A stretch of 64,000 nucleotides of DNA from Candidatus Marinacidobacterales bacterium (GTDB taxonomy: Bacteria; Acidobacteriota; Vicinamibacteria; Marinacidobacterales; DATDRI01), in the NCBI GenBank assembly GCA_965219415.1, contig CBDCNP010000002.1:2656001-2720000 (forward strand), written 5' to 3'. Shown piece after piece: positions 45,116 through 56,294 of the stretch. The position numbers were made by a program, and so were the translations under genes. Numbering within the stretch: the first letter of the stretch is position 1; each line of letters begins with the position of its first letter. Below the pieces are notes generated by a model. That model had not been told where the DNA came from, ran no database searches, and was given only the letters and a program-made list of their open reading frames with translations.

Positions 45116-45959
45116 ATGAAGTCTCGTCTCCTGCCGGCGATGGTTCTGAGTGCGGCAGCACTCATTGCATCAGCGCAACCGGCTCTCGCGGGCGCATGGA
45201 TCTATCCCAAGGGCGTGAACTGGTTCCGTATCGGCTTCGCCTATCAGAACACCGACGAACGCTACTTCCTGGACGGCGAGAGAATCCCCTATTTCTTCGA
45301 CGGAGAGAGCGAAGTCTCCGCCGCATTCTTCGAGTACCGACTCGGACTCGGCGCCGGCTTCGAGGCCCTATTCCAATTGCCTGTCTACGACATCCGATTC
45401 GACGATTTCGCAGACAACCGAAGCTCCACTGGAATCGGAGATGTCAGAGCAGGCGCGCGTTGGAACTTCGTTCAAGACGCGCTCGTCGCCACGGTTGGAG
45501 CGGGCGTCAAGTTTTCCACCGGCGAGTTCGTCAACGATGCCGAGATCGTGCCGGTGGGCGAAGGTCAATACGACTTCGAAGTCGATGTAGAGGTGGGTCG
45601 CTCCCTGTGGCCGCGGCCAGGCTACGTCAACGGCAAGTTGGGTTACCGTTTCCCGAACCGAGAACAAGGAAAACGGCATCGATCCGGGGGACGAGATCTT
45701 TTGGAGCTTGGAGGGCGGCTACCGATGGATCCCCAACGTCATGTTCAAGGGTCTCGTTCGTGGGGTCTACGGCTTCGACGCCCGGAGCTTCGGGCTCCCC
45801 ATTGCGACGCTGCGGCGGGAAGTGATTTACCTAGAACCAGGAGTCATCTTCGCGATCTCGCCCACTCAGAGTATCGAGTTCACGGTGCCGGTCAGTGTCC
45901 GCGGACGAAACTGGCCGGCGGGTCCGATTCTGAACGTCGGCTACTACCAGACGTTTTAA
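45116..45959 (+). pseudogene. Putative outer-membrane beta-barrel protein, one frameshift near 45655
   Basis: Signal peptide; ORF 45116 joins the frame of ORF 45708, ending GYYQTF. Confidence 0.6.
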
Positions 45960-45964
45960 GCAGG

Positions 45965-48238
45965 CTAGAAACGGAAGAGTCGTGTGAACTTGATGATCAA
46001 GGATTGTGTTTCTAGCCGCGGGATTCCACGTGGGTCGAGCCGGAGCGTGTCTCGGCCGTCGCTATACACGATGAAGAAGTCGCTACCCGGCTGATACTCC
46101 CACCGAAACCGGATGTTGGTCGCCGCCAATTCATCGGAAGAGTTGTATTGGATCAGGGCTCCCAAGAAGATGCGCGGCGAGATCATATAGTTGACCCGCA
46201 ACCGCGCCACATCGGCGGTAAAGCTGCCTTCGGGCAGATCGACCCAATTGAAGGAAAGCCTGGGCTCGAGGGACAGCTGTTTGGTCAGCTCCCACCGGCC
46301 GAAGTAGAACAACTCGGTCTGATCGCCACTATAAAAGCTCCCCCGCGCTAGGCCGATCCAGCCAGACACCCTCCGTTGTGGGCCGAATCGGAACCCAGCC
46401 TCGTAGCGGTTGAATCGGTACTCGCCGATGGGAATGATCACATCATCGGTGATGTCGAACTCCTCATCCAAGAACTCGAAGTTCTGGGTATACGAACTGA
46501 AGAAGCGATCACCACTCTCGAAATCAATACCGAACGAGAATTGAGCTTGTTGCGACTCGAGCTGCCTGTTTCCATTATTGATGGTGTAGTCGAAATACCC
46601 TTCGATCGTGAACTTCCGTATCGCGTCACTCCACTGTGGGCGGGGATTGAATCGCAGTTCTGCGAAACTCTGCTGAATGTCATCCCGGCGCAAGAAACCG
46701 ATCTCGGGGTTGAAATTCTCCTCCACCACCAAGTGCTCGGCCTCAAAACCCCATGAATCGCCGCCGTACTGGAAGCGGCCGCGATAGCTGGCGTTGTCCC
46801 CACTCAGGCCGGTCGTCTCGCTTCGCGCGTAATAGGCATTGATATTCACGTTCTGGTAAAAGGTGAAGTTCCCGTCGACACCCAACAATTGGTTCGAATC
46901 GTTGGTGTCGTTGGCTTCGAAGACAGGCGACCGGTACGTGCCGATGATTCCAATGTTGCTGCGGCGGAGGACGTCTCGTTTGACCCGTACCACACCGAAA
47001 TCAGTGGTGGGGATCGCCAGCTGCGGGAGCTCATCGGTCTGAATCGCCAGGAGCCCCAAGGTGTAGGCTCCGGCGCGGCCGGTGAGCCGCGCGCCGGCGT
47101 TGATGGGTACTACCTCTTCATCGTAGAGCCCGATCTGTCGACTGAAAAACATAATCGGGGTGTTGTCGGCACGCTCGAAGCTTTGCCTGGTGCCGACTCC
47201 ACCGAAAGCGAAGATATCCTTGCCCTCCAGGAAGAAATCACGTTTCTCTGGAAAGAAGAGACCGAACCGCGTCAAGTTAACCTGCTGCTCGTCGGCTTCC
47301 ACTTGGGCGAAGTCGGTGTTCAATGTGAAGTCGAAAGTCAACCCACGAGTGACTCCATACTTGAGATCGAAACCGACGTTGCCGTCGAGCTCGTTCTCGA
47401 ACAGGGGGTCGGCCTCGAAATCGGTGTCCGCCGCGGCGGTGGCGTAAGGCTTGAGCTCGAGGTTGATGGCCCTAGAGGGTGTTTCGAGACCGACCATGGT
47501 CGCGGCCTGAGAAAGTTTGGCGATACCACCTTGGCGGAACGCGGCGGCAACCGGCGTCAGGTAGCTCGTTTCGTTTTTCCACCTGACGATGCGTCTAAAA
47601 TTGATTCCCCAAATCTCCGAATCGGCCCCTCGGTAGCGAAGCGATCGAAACGGGATCTTTATCTCCACCAACCAGCCCCGCTCCCAGCGACCAGTCTTGA
47701 CGTCCCACACCGTGTTCCAGTCCGAATTGAGATTCCTCTCGTCGGTGACTTGGGCGTCGAAGATCGCGCCCAACGGATTGGTGTAGAAGAGGAACCCGTT
47801 CCGCCGGTCGTAGAAAGTATCGAAGATTACCGCAAAATTCGCGTTATTAAAGATGTTCCGGTTGTCTCGCCGCATCTCGTTGGCCACGATTTTTTCTGGC
47901 TGGCTGTCCCAACAGCGGGCGGAAACATAAACGTTGTCGTCGTCGAAGAAGACCCAGACCTCGGTCTGTTCGGTCGCCAGCTCGCCCTCGAGAGGTTCCT
48001 GCTGAATGAACTCCGTCATCGACGGAACCTGTCTGTAGATGAGCTCCGCGAGGCGACCGTCGACAACGATAGGCTCGGCCAAACGGGTGGCCCTCACCGT
48101 GACCCGGCCTTGGGTGTCGCGGCTCAACACCGCGGGGGGTATCGGTGCCTCGGGGCCATCGATGGCAGTGTCCTTTGCCCAAACGGAGGGGCTAAGGGCC
48201 GTCAGCGCCAGGAAGACACAGACAGCCCCTTGCGCCAT
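45965..48238 (-). CDS. CBM9-like/DUF5916 outer-membrane protein
   Basis: IVVDGRLAE, EIKIPFRSLRY, NTDFAQVEAD, FFPEKRDFFLEG; terminal F. Confidence 0.85.
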   Translation of the reverse strand: MAQGAVCVFLALTALSPSVWAKDTAIDGPEAPIPPAVLSRDTQGRVTVRATRLAEPIVVDGRLAELIYRQVPSMTEFIQQEPLEGELATEQTEVWVFFDDDNVYVSARCWDSQPEKIVANEMRRDNRNIFNNANFAVIFDTFYDRRNGFLFYTNPLGAIFDAQVTDERNLNSDWNTVWDVKTGRWERGWLVEIKIPFRSLRYRGADSEIWGINFRRIVRWKNETSYLTPVAAAFRQGGIAKLSQAATMVGLETPSRAINLELKPYATAAADTDFEADPLFENELDGNVGFDLKYGVTRGLTFDFTLNTDFAQVEADEQQVNLTRFGLFFPEKRDFFLEGKDIFAFGGVGTRQSFERADNTPIMFFSRQIGLYDEEVVPINAGARLTGRAGAYTLGLLAIQTDELPQLAIPTTDFGVVRVKRDVLRRSNIGIIGTYRSPVFEANDTNDSNQLLGVDGNFTFYQNVNINAYYARSETTGLSGDNASYRGRFQYGGDSWGFEAEHLVVEENFNPEIGFLRRDDIQQSFAELRFNPRPQWSDAIRKFTIEGYFDYTINNGNRQLESQQAQFSFGIDFESGDRFFSSYTQNFEFLDEEFDITDDVIIPIGEYRFNRYEAGFRFGPQRRVSGWIGLARGSFYSGDQTELFYFGRWELTKQLSLEPRLSFNWVDLPEGSFTADVARLRVNYMISPRIFLGALIQYNSSDELAATNIRFRWEYQPGSDFFIVYSDGRDTLRLDPRGIPRLETQSLIIKFTRLFRF

Positions 48239-48357
48239 GGCGCGCCGAATTGAAATAGATTTTCCGATTGTCGAGATCCGATAGTAAGTTGCTGGCTCCA
48301 AGCTCCCTAGCGGAGGCAGAGTATAGCAGCGGGACCCGGCCGATATCCATACCCGTC

Positions 48358-48432
48358 TGGTGGGCGGTACAGGATTTGAACCTGTGACATCTTGCTTGTA
48401 AGGCAAGCGCTCTCCCACTGAGCTAACCGCCC
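48358..48432 (-). tRNA. tRNA-Val (TAC)
   Basis: GGGCGGTTAGCTCAGTGGGAGAGCGCTTGCCTTACAAGCAAG...GGTTCAAATCCTGTACCGCCCACCA. Confidence 0.96.
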
Positions 48433-48585
48433 CGAAGTCCAACTGCCCTCCTAATATTAGCCCATGGAGCAAGTGCCACGCTTCAATTTGACAACCTCCG
48501 ATGTTTGACGAAACGCCAAACGCATGTCATCATGGGGTTTCCACGGTGTGCATCCCCCAACCCACCGGAAGAAGGAGCATCACGC

Positions 48586-49312
48586 TTGCGCTTAAAAGCC
48601 GATCTTCATTTGCACACGGGTGACGACCCACTCGACTACGTGGCACATTCCAGCGAAGAGATGATTGACCATGCGGCCCAATTAGGGTTCGACGTGATGG
48701 CAATCACCAACCACGACTTCATGAGCCACTCCGAGGAGCTCGCCGACTACGCGTCCTCTCGAGGCATCGTGCTGGTGCCCGGTGTCGAGGCGACCATCGA
48801 GAATCGCCATGTGCTTCTCTACAATTTCAACTACTGGGACGCCCCGCCCAGCACCTTCGAGGAGCTATATCGGCTACGCCAAGACAATCCCCAGATGTTG
48901 GCAATTGCTCCGCACCCGTTCTTCCCCTCGCAGTTTTGTCTGCAGGGCAAAGCTGCTCGAGCACCTGGAGCTTTTCGACGGCATCGATTACAGCCACTTC
49001 TACACGAAGAACATGAACTTCAACAAAAAGGCGGTAGATCTGGCGCGGCGGGCGGGTCGACCGCTGGTCGGGACGTCGGATTCGCACTTTCTTTGGCAGA
49101 TGGGTGCTACGCTCTCATTCATCGAGACCAAAGAGAAATCCCTGCCCGCCATCCTGGATGCGCTCCGGCAAGGCCAGGTCGAGGTTCATACCGACCCGCT
49201 ACCGGTGGCCGATGTGCTTCTTAGGCTGCGAAAGTATCCTTCGCTGAAGGTAAGGAGACTCGCGCGCCGCAACGGATACCGTTCCGGGGGCGAGATACTC
49301 GCGCTGCGTTAG
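48586..49312 (+). pseudogene. PHP-domain metallo-phosphoesterase, frameshift near 48945
   Basis: ADLHLHT, AITNHD, PGVE, APHPF, GTSDSH split over two frames. Confidence 0.8.
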
Positions 49313-49410
49313 TTCCGACACCCCCACCAGCTCAAAAACTTCGCGGTCTCTTCAGCCGACCCTTCGTTCCGCCTCGCCTTTTTAACGGACACCCTCACTG
49401 TTGATATAGT

Positions 49411-50322
49411 GTGGGTGTGATGAGATCGGCTTTTGCGGTACTAGCGGTTGCCCTATTGACCTTAGCGGTCACCCCCTCCTGGGCAGAGGAGGCGATCGAC
49501 TGCGCCGCCGCTTTAGAGTTGAGGTTGAGCACGGTAGAACCGCCTCAGGGCGCCATTATCCTCCTCGAAGTCAGTAGTGAATTCCCCGCGCAGGTCAAGG
49601 CTACCTGGGCCGACCAGTCGCTATACTTCTGGCGAGAAGGCGACTCTCACCTCGCCCTGTTGGGTGTGGATCTCCGCCGTAAAGCCTCTCAAATTCCACT
49701 TACTGTGGAAACGAAACAGGGCAACGGTGAAAGGATAGGCTGTAGCACTCCGGTCACCATTCGGGACGGAAACTTCGTGGTCCAGAAAATCACGGTGCAA
49801 AAGAAGTTCGTCGATTTGAGCGCCGAAGACCTCGAAAGGTCGCGAAGAGAAACGAATCAACTCCTAAGGATCTTTCGGGCTGCGACGGCCGCGCGACTCT
49901 GGGATGGAAGCTTCCAGCTCCCGGTGAAGGGCGTCCAAGGGTCGGGCAGCTTCGGTAAGAGGCGGGTCCTCAACGACCAACCACGCTCGCCGCACAGTGG
50001 TGAAGACTTCCCTGCCCCTTCGGGAACACCGGTGCGGGCTCCGCAGCGTGGTCGCATCGTCCTGGCGAGCGACCTTTTCTTTTCCGGGAAAACCATCGTC
50101 CTCGACCATGGCTTGGGACTCTACACGTTCTACGGCCACCTGGAATCGATGAGCGTCGACAACGGGCAGGTTGTGAAAACCGGCGAGGTCATCGGCCGAG
50201 TCGGGGCGACGGGTCGCGTCACCGGCCCTCACCTTCATTGGGCCGCCCGGCTCAACAAGGCTCGCGTCAATCCGCTGGATCTCTTGACCATCGTTCCCAC
50301 CGCCAAGCCTCCTACCGAATAG
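49411..50322 (+). CDS. M23-family peptidase
   Basis: HSGED (HxxxD), YGHL, TGPHLHW. Confidence 0.92.
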   Translation: MGVMRSAFAVLAVALLTLAVTPSWAEEAIDCAAALELRLSTVEPPQGAIILLEVSSEFPAQVKATWADQSLYFWREGDSHLALLGVDLRRKASQIPLTVETKQGNGERIGCSTPVTIRDGNFVVQKITVQKKFVDLSAEDLERSRRETNQLLRIFRAATAARLWDGSFQLPVKGVQGSGSFGKRRVLNDQPRSPHSGEDFPAPSGTPVRAPQRGRIVLASDLFFSGKTIVLDHGLGLYTFYGHLESMSVDNGQVVKTGEVIGRVGATGRVTGPHLHWAARLNKARVNPLDLLTIVPTAKPPTE

Positions 50323-50517
50323 CGGTAACGAATCCAACAAAGTAGACACGTTGTCGCCGCTAAGGGACAGCACTTCCTGAAAGCCACGTCCAAACCCTCA
50401 ATTCGTAAGTAAACGATGGCGCGGCCGGTGGCATAGATAGTGCTGTATCGGTCGGCGGATGTTGGGACACTATTTTTCTTGCAACTTCGAATCACAACAC
50501 AGAAAGTCGAGGTACAG

Positions 50518-51060
50518 ATGTTCAGAAAGCCTATCTTCGCAGCCCTGGGATTCGCGCTCTTGCTAACCAGCCCGGTCTTGGGCCAAACGACACAGACACT
50601 GACTCAGGGCGGTATCGAGAGCAATTTTCTAATCGCTCCGGACTACAAGTTCACCGAGGTGGACGGAGAGTTCGCCGGCTTGGCGGGTTTCTACGGAGGA
50701 TGGCTGATCAATCAGAAATTCTTGGTTGGCGGCGCCGCCTATTTTCAGACCAACGGAGGCAACGAGTCCGATATGAAGTACGGGGGCGCGGTCCTCAAGT
50801 ACTTCTTCAATCCGACCCGCGTCGCCAACATTTCCGTAAGGGGTTTGGTCGGCGCCGGTAGAGCGAACCTGAGTCAACTTCGACGGGCTCCCTCTTCGCG
50901 GTCGTTTTCCCGGTCGCGGCAACTTCGGCTTGGGAAATCTCGATTTGGGGAACCTCGACAGCCTGATCGGGCGGTTCGGTGGACGTTTCGACGACGTCGA
51001 CCTCAGCAGAATCCTCAACGTGGAAGAGACGTTTTTAGTCATGGAGCCAGAGGTCAACGT
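50518..51060 (+). pseudogene. Outer-membrane protein, frameshifted and truncated
   Basis: Signal peptide, YGGWLIN, FLVMEPEVNV. Confidence 0.55.
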
Positions 51061-51063
51061 TCA

Positions 51064-51204
51064 TTTGGAACTGCGCCCGCAAACCGCGCCGGGAAGTTCT
51101 CTTGACGGGAGCCGGCAAGTTCATCATCGCCTTGAATCGCTTCTTCCCCGGGGCGGCGGACTGGGTTCTCTCGCGTTACATGAAGCTACCGGTGCGTAGT
51201 TGAC
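51064..51204 (+). pseudogene. Displaced SDR C-terminus
   Basis: IWNCARKPRREVLLTGAGKFIIALNRFFPGAADWVL. Confidence 0.65.
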
Positions 51205-51334
51205 CGGGCCGAGCCGGAGCTTGAGGCCGTTACTTCGGAGGGTTCATCGCCCGCTCGTCGTAGGCCAGTCGTATCTTGGCCTCGACCTCGGGGTGTTTCG
51301 AGAAAATCCCGTGGAGGTTGTCGCGGCTGAGGGG

Positions 51335-51606
51335 TCGATCGGGAGGCCACGGAGCGCGCTCGCGAGCACATGGTGGGAGTGGCCCCGTCCTCGCCATCGA
51401 TAGCTCTCTTCAAAGACGGCAAGCTCGTGCACATGCTAGAGCGACGCCAGATCGAGCGGATGACCGAGCAAGACGTCGCCCAGAATCTCGCCGCCGCGTT
51501 CGACGAGCACTGCTCGCGCCAGGGACCCTCCGTCGCTCCGGAGGTATACGAAAAGGCAAGAAACCGCCAGTTTCCGCTCTACGGTTCTGGTGGCGGCCAA
51601 CCCTGA
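51335..51606 (+). pseudogene. BrxA/BrxB bacilliredoxin-family C-terminal half
   Basis: DREATERAREHMVGVAPSSPSIALFKDGKLVHMLERRQIE. Confidence 0.75.
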
Positions 51607-51659
51607 CGCACCTGCCGCGAATCATCCTGCGACGCGTTGGAGGGGCCATCCGATGAGAT

Positions 51660-51872
51660 CGCGCGCCGCTCACCTACGAGACGTGGCGTGCCGTGCGCCT
51701 TGTCGTGGATAACCGGCACGCGTTCGGTTGAAGCCGCCAGGAGGCGATCGATTACTTCCAGACCCATGCAGCCAAGACAGAGCACTACATTGTTAGTCAG
51801 ATCGCTCGCTTCATCGTATGGCCCGGCCAAGCGCTCGCCCATAAGCTCGGGGAGCTGAACATCAAAGAAGAC
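51660..51872 (+). pseudogene. DUF885-family fragment
   Basis: LTYETWRAVRLVVD...SRQEAIDYF...IVWPGQALAHKLGEL with an internal stop. Confidence 0.7.
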
Positions 51873-51907
51873 ATCGAGTCCTACATCGCGGCCGAGAAGC
51901 CAACCCC

Positions 51908-52580
51908 ATGACAGCGAGCGAGGCGGAGAAGCCTCGCGGACTGCGGGCCCTCGTAACCGGGGCGTCGAGCGGGATTGGGGAAGCCACCGCCTACCGTTTC
52001 GCTCGAGCGGGAGGGCGCCTCGCGCTGCTGGCCCGACGGAAAGCCCATCTCGAGCGAGTCGCATCCCGGGTGCATGAGCTCGGAGGTGAAGCGTTGGTGC
52101 TCGTGACCGACGTCGCCTCTCGAAAGGCGGTCGCGGATTCGGTGGCTCGTGCCGAGCAGGCGTTCGATGGGTTGGACGTCCTCGTGAACAACGCCGGTTT
52201 CGGAATCTACGCTTACCTGGAAAACGTCCGTGAGGAGGACCTTCGACGGGTCTTCGAGGTCAACACGTTTGGCGCGCTCTACACGATTCGGGCCGTTCTC
52301 CCGGGAATGAAAAGGCGTGGGAAGGGTGTTATCGTGAACGTCTCATCGATCGTAGGCAAGAGAGCTCTTCCGATGACGGGCGCGTACGGGGCCACGAAGT
52401 TCGCGCTGCAAGGGTTGTCCGAATCGCTTCGTTTAGAGCTCAAAGATACCGGAGTCGAAGTCTCCGTAGTATGCCCCGGCTACACCGACACGGAATTCTC
52501 TGAAGCCACAATCACCTATGGCTTTCCGAGAGGAAAGCCGCGCCGCGAAGCCATGAGCGCCGACGAAGTGGCGGAAGTTC
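51908..52580 (+). pseudogene. SDR oxidoreductase lacking its native C-terminus
   Basis: TGASSGIG, NNAG, YGATK; homology ends at MSADEVAEV. Confidence 0.8.
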
Positions 52581-52716
52581 ATCGCCCTCGAAAGTCTTCG
52601 AACCTCCCTGGGAAGATTGAAACATGGTACCACATCCCTTTTCATGCCTCCTCCCCGTCGGATATACTCGACGCTCAACGACTTCGACCTCCCGGAGGAA
52701 CCATGAGGCAGACTTT

Positions 52717-54879
52717 ATGAACTCGAGAGCTCGTCGCCGAACACGCCCACGCCTGGCCAGCTTCTGCTCGCTGGTTCTCCTAGCGGGGATCTCACTGAGC
52801 ACGGCCTCCGAGGAACCGGCTCTCCGAGGCTTCGTGGACGATGAGGTAGCTTCACAACTCGTGTGGGAGAATCGCTACCGCGAGCTCCCCGAACCGCAAA
52901 ACATACGGTCGTACATGCAGTCCATCTCGGAAGAACCTCACCATGCGGGAGGACCCGGCAGCAAACGAGTAGCTGAATATATCTTGTCGAAGTTCGAGTC
53001 CTGGGGGCTCACCGCTTGGATCGAGGAGTACGAGGCTCTGATGCCCATGCCGACGGAAAGAGTCCTCGAGCTCCTCGAGCCGGAAACTTTCACCGCGAAG
53101 CTGGAAGAGCCCGCCTTGGCGGAAGACAAAGATTCTTCTGATAGCGATCAGCTGCCTCCTTTCAACGCGTACGCCGCGGACGGTGAGGTGACCGGCCAAC
53201 TCGTTTATGTCAACATCGAGGTACAAGGGAAGATCGTCATCGCCCGGTACGGTCGTAGCTGGCGAGGTATCAAGGCGAAGCTAGCCTGGGAGCATGGTGC
53301 CATCGCGTGCCTCCTCTACTCCGACCCCGAGGACGACGGCTATCGAAAAGGCGACATCTATCCGGCTGGCCCTTTTCGGCCATGGGGAGGTGTGCAGAGA
53401 GGCAGCGTAATGGATATGCCCATCCATCCGGGAGACCCGCTAACCCCAGGCTGGGCGGGCGAGAAAGGAGCTCGGAAGCTCGCGATTTCCGAGACGCGCA
53501 CTCTGATTCCGATCCCGGTTCAGCCTCTTTCCTATGCCGACGCCGTGCCGCTTCTGAAATATCTGCGGGGACCGGTAGCACCGGACGAGTGGCAGGGAGC
53601 GCTTCCCATTACCTACCACGTGGGCCCCGGCCCGGCGAAGGCGCGCCTCAAGCTCTCCTTCGACTGGCAAGTCCGGCCAGTGTACAACGTGCTCGCACGC
53701 ATCGACGGCCACGTTTTTCCCAATGAATGGATCATTCATGGCAACCACCACGACTCCTGGGTGAACGGCGCGACGGACCCGACAAGTGGCAACGTCGCCT
53801 TGATGGAAACGGCGCGCGCATTTTCCGAAATGGTCAAACAAGGTTGGGAGCCCAAACGGACCATCATCTTTGCATCTTGGGATGCGGAGGAGTGGGGCCT
53901 GATCGGCTCTACCGAGTGGGTGGAGAAGCACGCAGACGACCTTCGAGAGAAGGCGGTCGCCTATATCAACACCGATTCGACGGGCAAAGGGTGGCTCTCT
54001 ACTGCGGGCAGCCATTCCCTGCAGAAGCTCGTGAGTCAAGTCGCCCGCGATGTCTCCGATCCTCAAAGCGGGAAAAGCCTTCGCCAGGCGGCGCGCGAGC
54101 GGCGCATCGAGCAGGCAAAAACCGATGAAGACAGAGAAAAAATTGAAAAGCGTGTCGACCTCGCGCTCAGCGCATTGGGCTCCGGCTCGGATTACACCGC
54201 GTTTCTGGATCATCTCGCCATCGCGTCGCTGAACTTCGGATTTGGTGGGGCAAGTAACGGCGGGGTCTACCACAGTGCCTACGATTCCTTTGACTGGTAC
54301 ACGCGGTTCTCCGACACCAGCTTCGAATACGGGAGGGTCCTTTCTCGGGTCGTAGGAACGACCATCCTTAGATTAGCGGACGCTACCGTGCTCCCCTTCC
54401 ACTTCACCGACTATGCAGAGACCTTGGAGCAATACATCGACGAGATCGAAAAGACTCGCGAGGAAATGAAGGACCCGCCCGCTGTCGATCTCTCCACGGT
54501 GCGGGCCGCCGTCGAAGAGCTCCGCCGAGCCGGCGAGTCTTACGAATCCGCGTTAGCCCGTTTCTCGATCGTGAACGCGAGCTCGCTTCAGCCGGAGGCG
54601 GCCGAGCTGGCTAGGCTCAATCGCCTCCTCTACACCTCGGAGAGGCTGTTGGGCTACGAAGACGGGCTTCCCGATCGCGAGTGGTTCCGGCACCAGGTCT
54701 ACGCACCCGGTTATTACACGGGTTACGGTGTCAAGACTCTCCCTGGAATCCGGGAAAGCCTAGAGCAAAGGTCGAAAGAAAATTTGGACCGCTACGTCCC
54801 GATCGTCACCAGTGCCATCCGACAATTGGCGGGGCAAGTGAACGAAGCACAAGTCATCTTACAAAGCCTCTCCCGGTAG
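52717..54879 (+). CDS. M28 peptidase (glutamate carboxypeptidase II/transferrin-receptor-like)
   Basis: GNHHDSW, GATDPTSG, WDAEEWGLIGSTEW, GSGSDYTAF, YHSAYD. Confidence 0.9.
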   Translation: MNSRARRRTRPRLASFCSLVLLAGISLSTASEEPALRGFVDDEVASQLVWENRYRELPEPQNIRSYMQSISEEPHHAGGPGSKRVAEYILSKFESWGLTAWIEEYEALMPMPTERVLELLEPETFTAKLEEPALAEDKDSSDSDQLPPFNAYAADGEVTGQLVYVNIEVQGKIVIARYGRSWRGIKAKLAWEHGAIACLLYSDPEDDGYRKGDIYPAGPFRPWGGVQRGSVMDMPIHPGDPLTPGWAGEKGARKLAISETRTLIPIPVQPLSYADAVPLLKYLRGPVAPDEWQGALPITYHVGPGPAKARLKLSFDWQVRPVYNVLARIDGHVFPNEWIIHGNHHDSWVNGATDPTSGNVALMETARAFSEMVKQGWEPKRTIIFASWDAEEWGLIGSTEWVEKHADDLREKAVAYINTDSTGKGWLSTAGSHSLQKLVSQVARDVSDPQSGKSLRQAARERRIEQAKTDEDREKIEKRVDLALSALGSGSDYTAFLDHLAIASLNFGFGGASNGGVYHSAYDSFDWYTRFSDTSFEYGRVLSRVVGTTILRLADATVLPFHFTDYAETLEQYIDEIEKTREEMKDPPAVDLSTVRAAVEELRRAGESYESALARFSIVNASSLQPEAAELARLNRLLYTSERLLGYEDGLPDREWFRHQVYAPGYYTGYGVKTLPGIRESLEQRSKENLDRYVPIVTSAIRQLAGQVNEAQVILQSLSR

Positions 54880-55086
54880 GACCGAGGCAAGAGAGACGCG
54901 ACGGGACGACCGTAGGCGCTCGAGGACTGCGAGGACGCGGTACACGGCGCCGCGAGGAACGTTCACCGCTGCGGGGACCCGCACGGACCTCGAAATACGG
55001 CCTGTTGGTTGAGCAGGCAGGCGCCATAAAAGCCACCCCAGCACTCAAGAGAAAGCGCGACCGGCTCGTGTCGTTTCTGTTGCTGG

Positions 55087-56270
55087 ATGTCCGAAGCCTC
55101 TGCTACACTTTCACTAATGCGCTTCCCCGGCAGCAAGCTGCTCTCCCAAGACCTGTCGACCGAGACCACACCCCTCGAGAGCGTCACAAGGCAATGCGAG
55201 GACGTCAACCTCTCGGGCTACATGGAGATCGCTTTCGGTGACGCCGAAGGACTGATCCTGTTTTACTTGGGAGAGCAAATCAACATCATTTATCGCGCAG
55301 GAAATGAAATCTCGGTCTCCAATGAGGCGATGCTCAAATTGAGAAACGCAGCGAGCCTGAAAGAAGCCAAGGTCTCGGGTCTACGAGTTACCGCTGGACA
55401 TGGCTCATATGCTGCGGGGCCTTTCCAACCGCCAGGAGATCTTCGGACAGATCTTCGCATCCCAGCCCCTCCGGGATCTTCTTTCGAAGTTGGAGAAAGA
55501 AGGGCACACCGGCTCCCTAGAGGTGATCACCAACAAGGGCACCGGAATGATCCTGTTGGTGCGGGGCCGATTCTCGAACGGCTACTTCGAAACCACCGGC
55601 GGCGTCACCTTCGAGAAGGGCGAAGCCATGAACAAGGTCTTCGAAGCTCTGGACGCGCCCGAAACTTCGGCCCGGGTCTTCCAGTCCGAGTTCTCGTCGA
55701 ACATTTGGAAAGCCCGCCATGAAACGCAACGGGCTAGGTCCAGCCGTCTCCATGAGATTCTCGAGCAACAAAGACCGCAGGAGCCAACCTCGGCGAGCTC
55801 ACCGCCTCCGGAGCCGGTTGCAGAGCCAGAAGCGGCCCAACCAAAGAGGAAGGTTACCGACCGAAAACCGCTCCAGCAGAAAGTCCTCAGCGCCATCCGC
55901 GAGCAGACTCCGTCCATGCTGGCATCCTTCTTCTTCAACCTCAGCACCGAAGAGATCGAATTGGAGCAAGTGGGGTTTCCGAAGGAGACCGAGGAGCAAC
56001 TCATCATCGAAAAGCTACCCGCTTTCGTGAAGTACTTGGAGAACCTCGCTTCCATGAAAGACGAGGACCATGTGGAAACGCTCTCCCTGAGCACTGAGAA
56101 CTTCTACGTGATCGTGAAGTGCATACCGGGAAACGGGGCGAGGGTCTTGCCCTCATCACCGACAAGAGCCAGCCGGTCGCCTTGGCCAGCGCGCTCCTCC
56201 TGAACTCCGCGCATCGGTACGTGGCCATGGTGAGCGGAATATTGCTTTAGACTTGCCCGCCGTAGCTGGT
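55087..56270 (+). pseudogene. Hypothetical protein with two repeated domains, frameshifts near 55380 and 56130
   Basis: ORFs 55087 and 55400 are contiguous and share an (S/T)G.(M/L)E...G.IL pattern. Confidence 0.55.
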
Positions 56271-56294
56271 GTGGACTCCCTAGCGAAGGCGGGT

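Noticed and set aside
48358-48432. tRNA-Val as the island integration site
   Set aside because: I saw no duplicated tRNA 3' end, and ordinary genes lie between it and the island.
48239-48472. N-terminal extension of the 835-aa ORF
   Set aside because: It overlaps tRNA-Val; the signal peptide fits a start at 48238.
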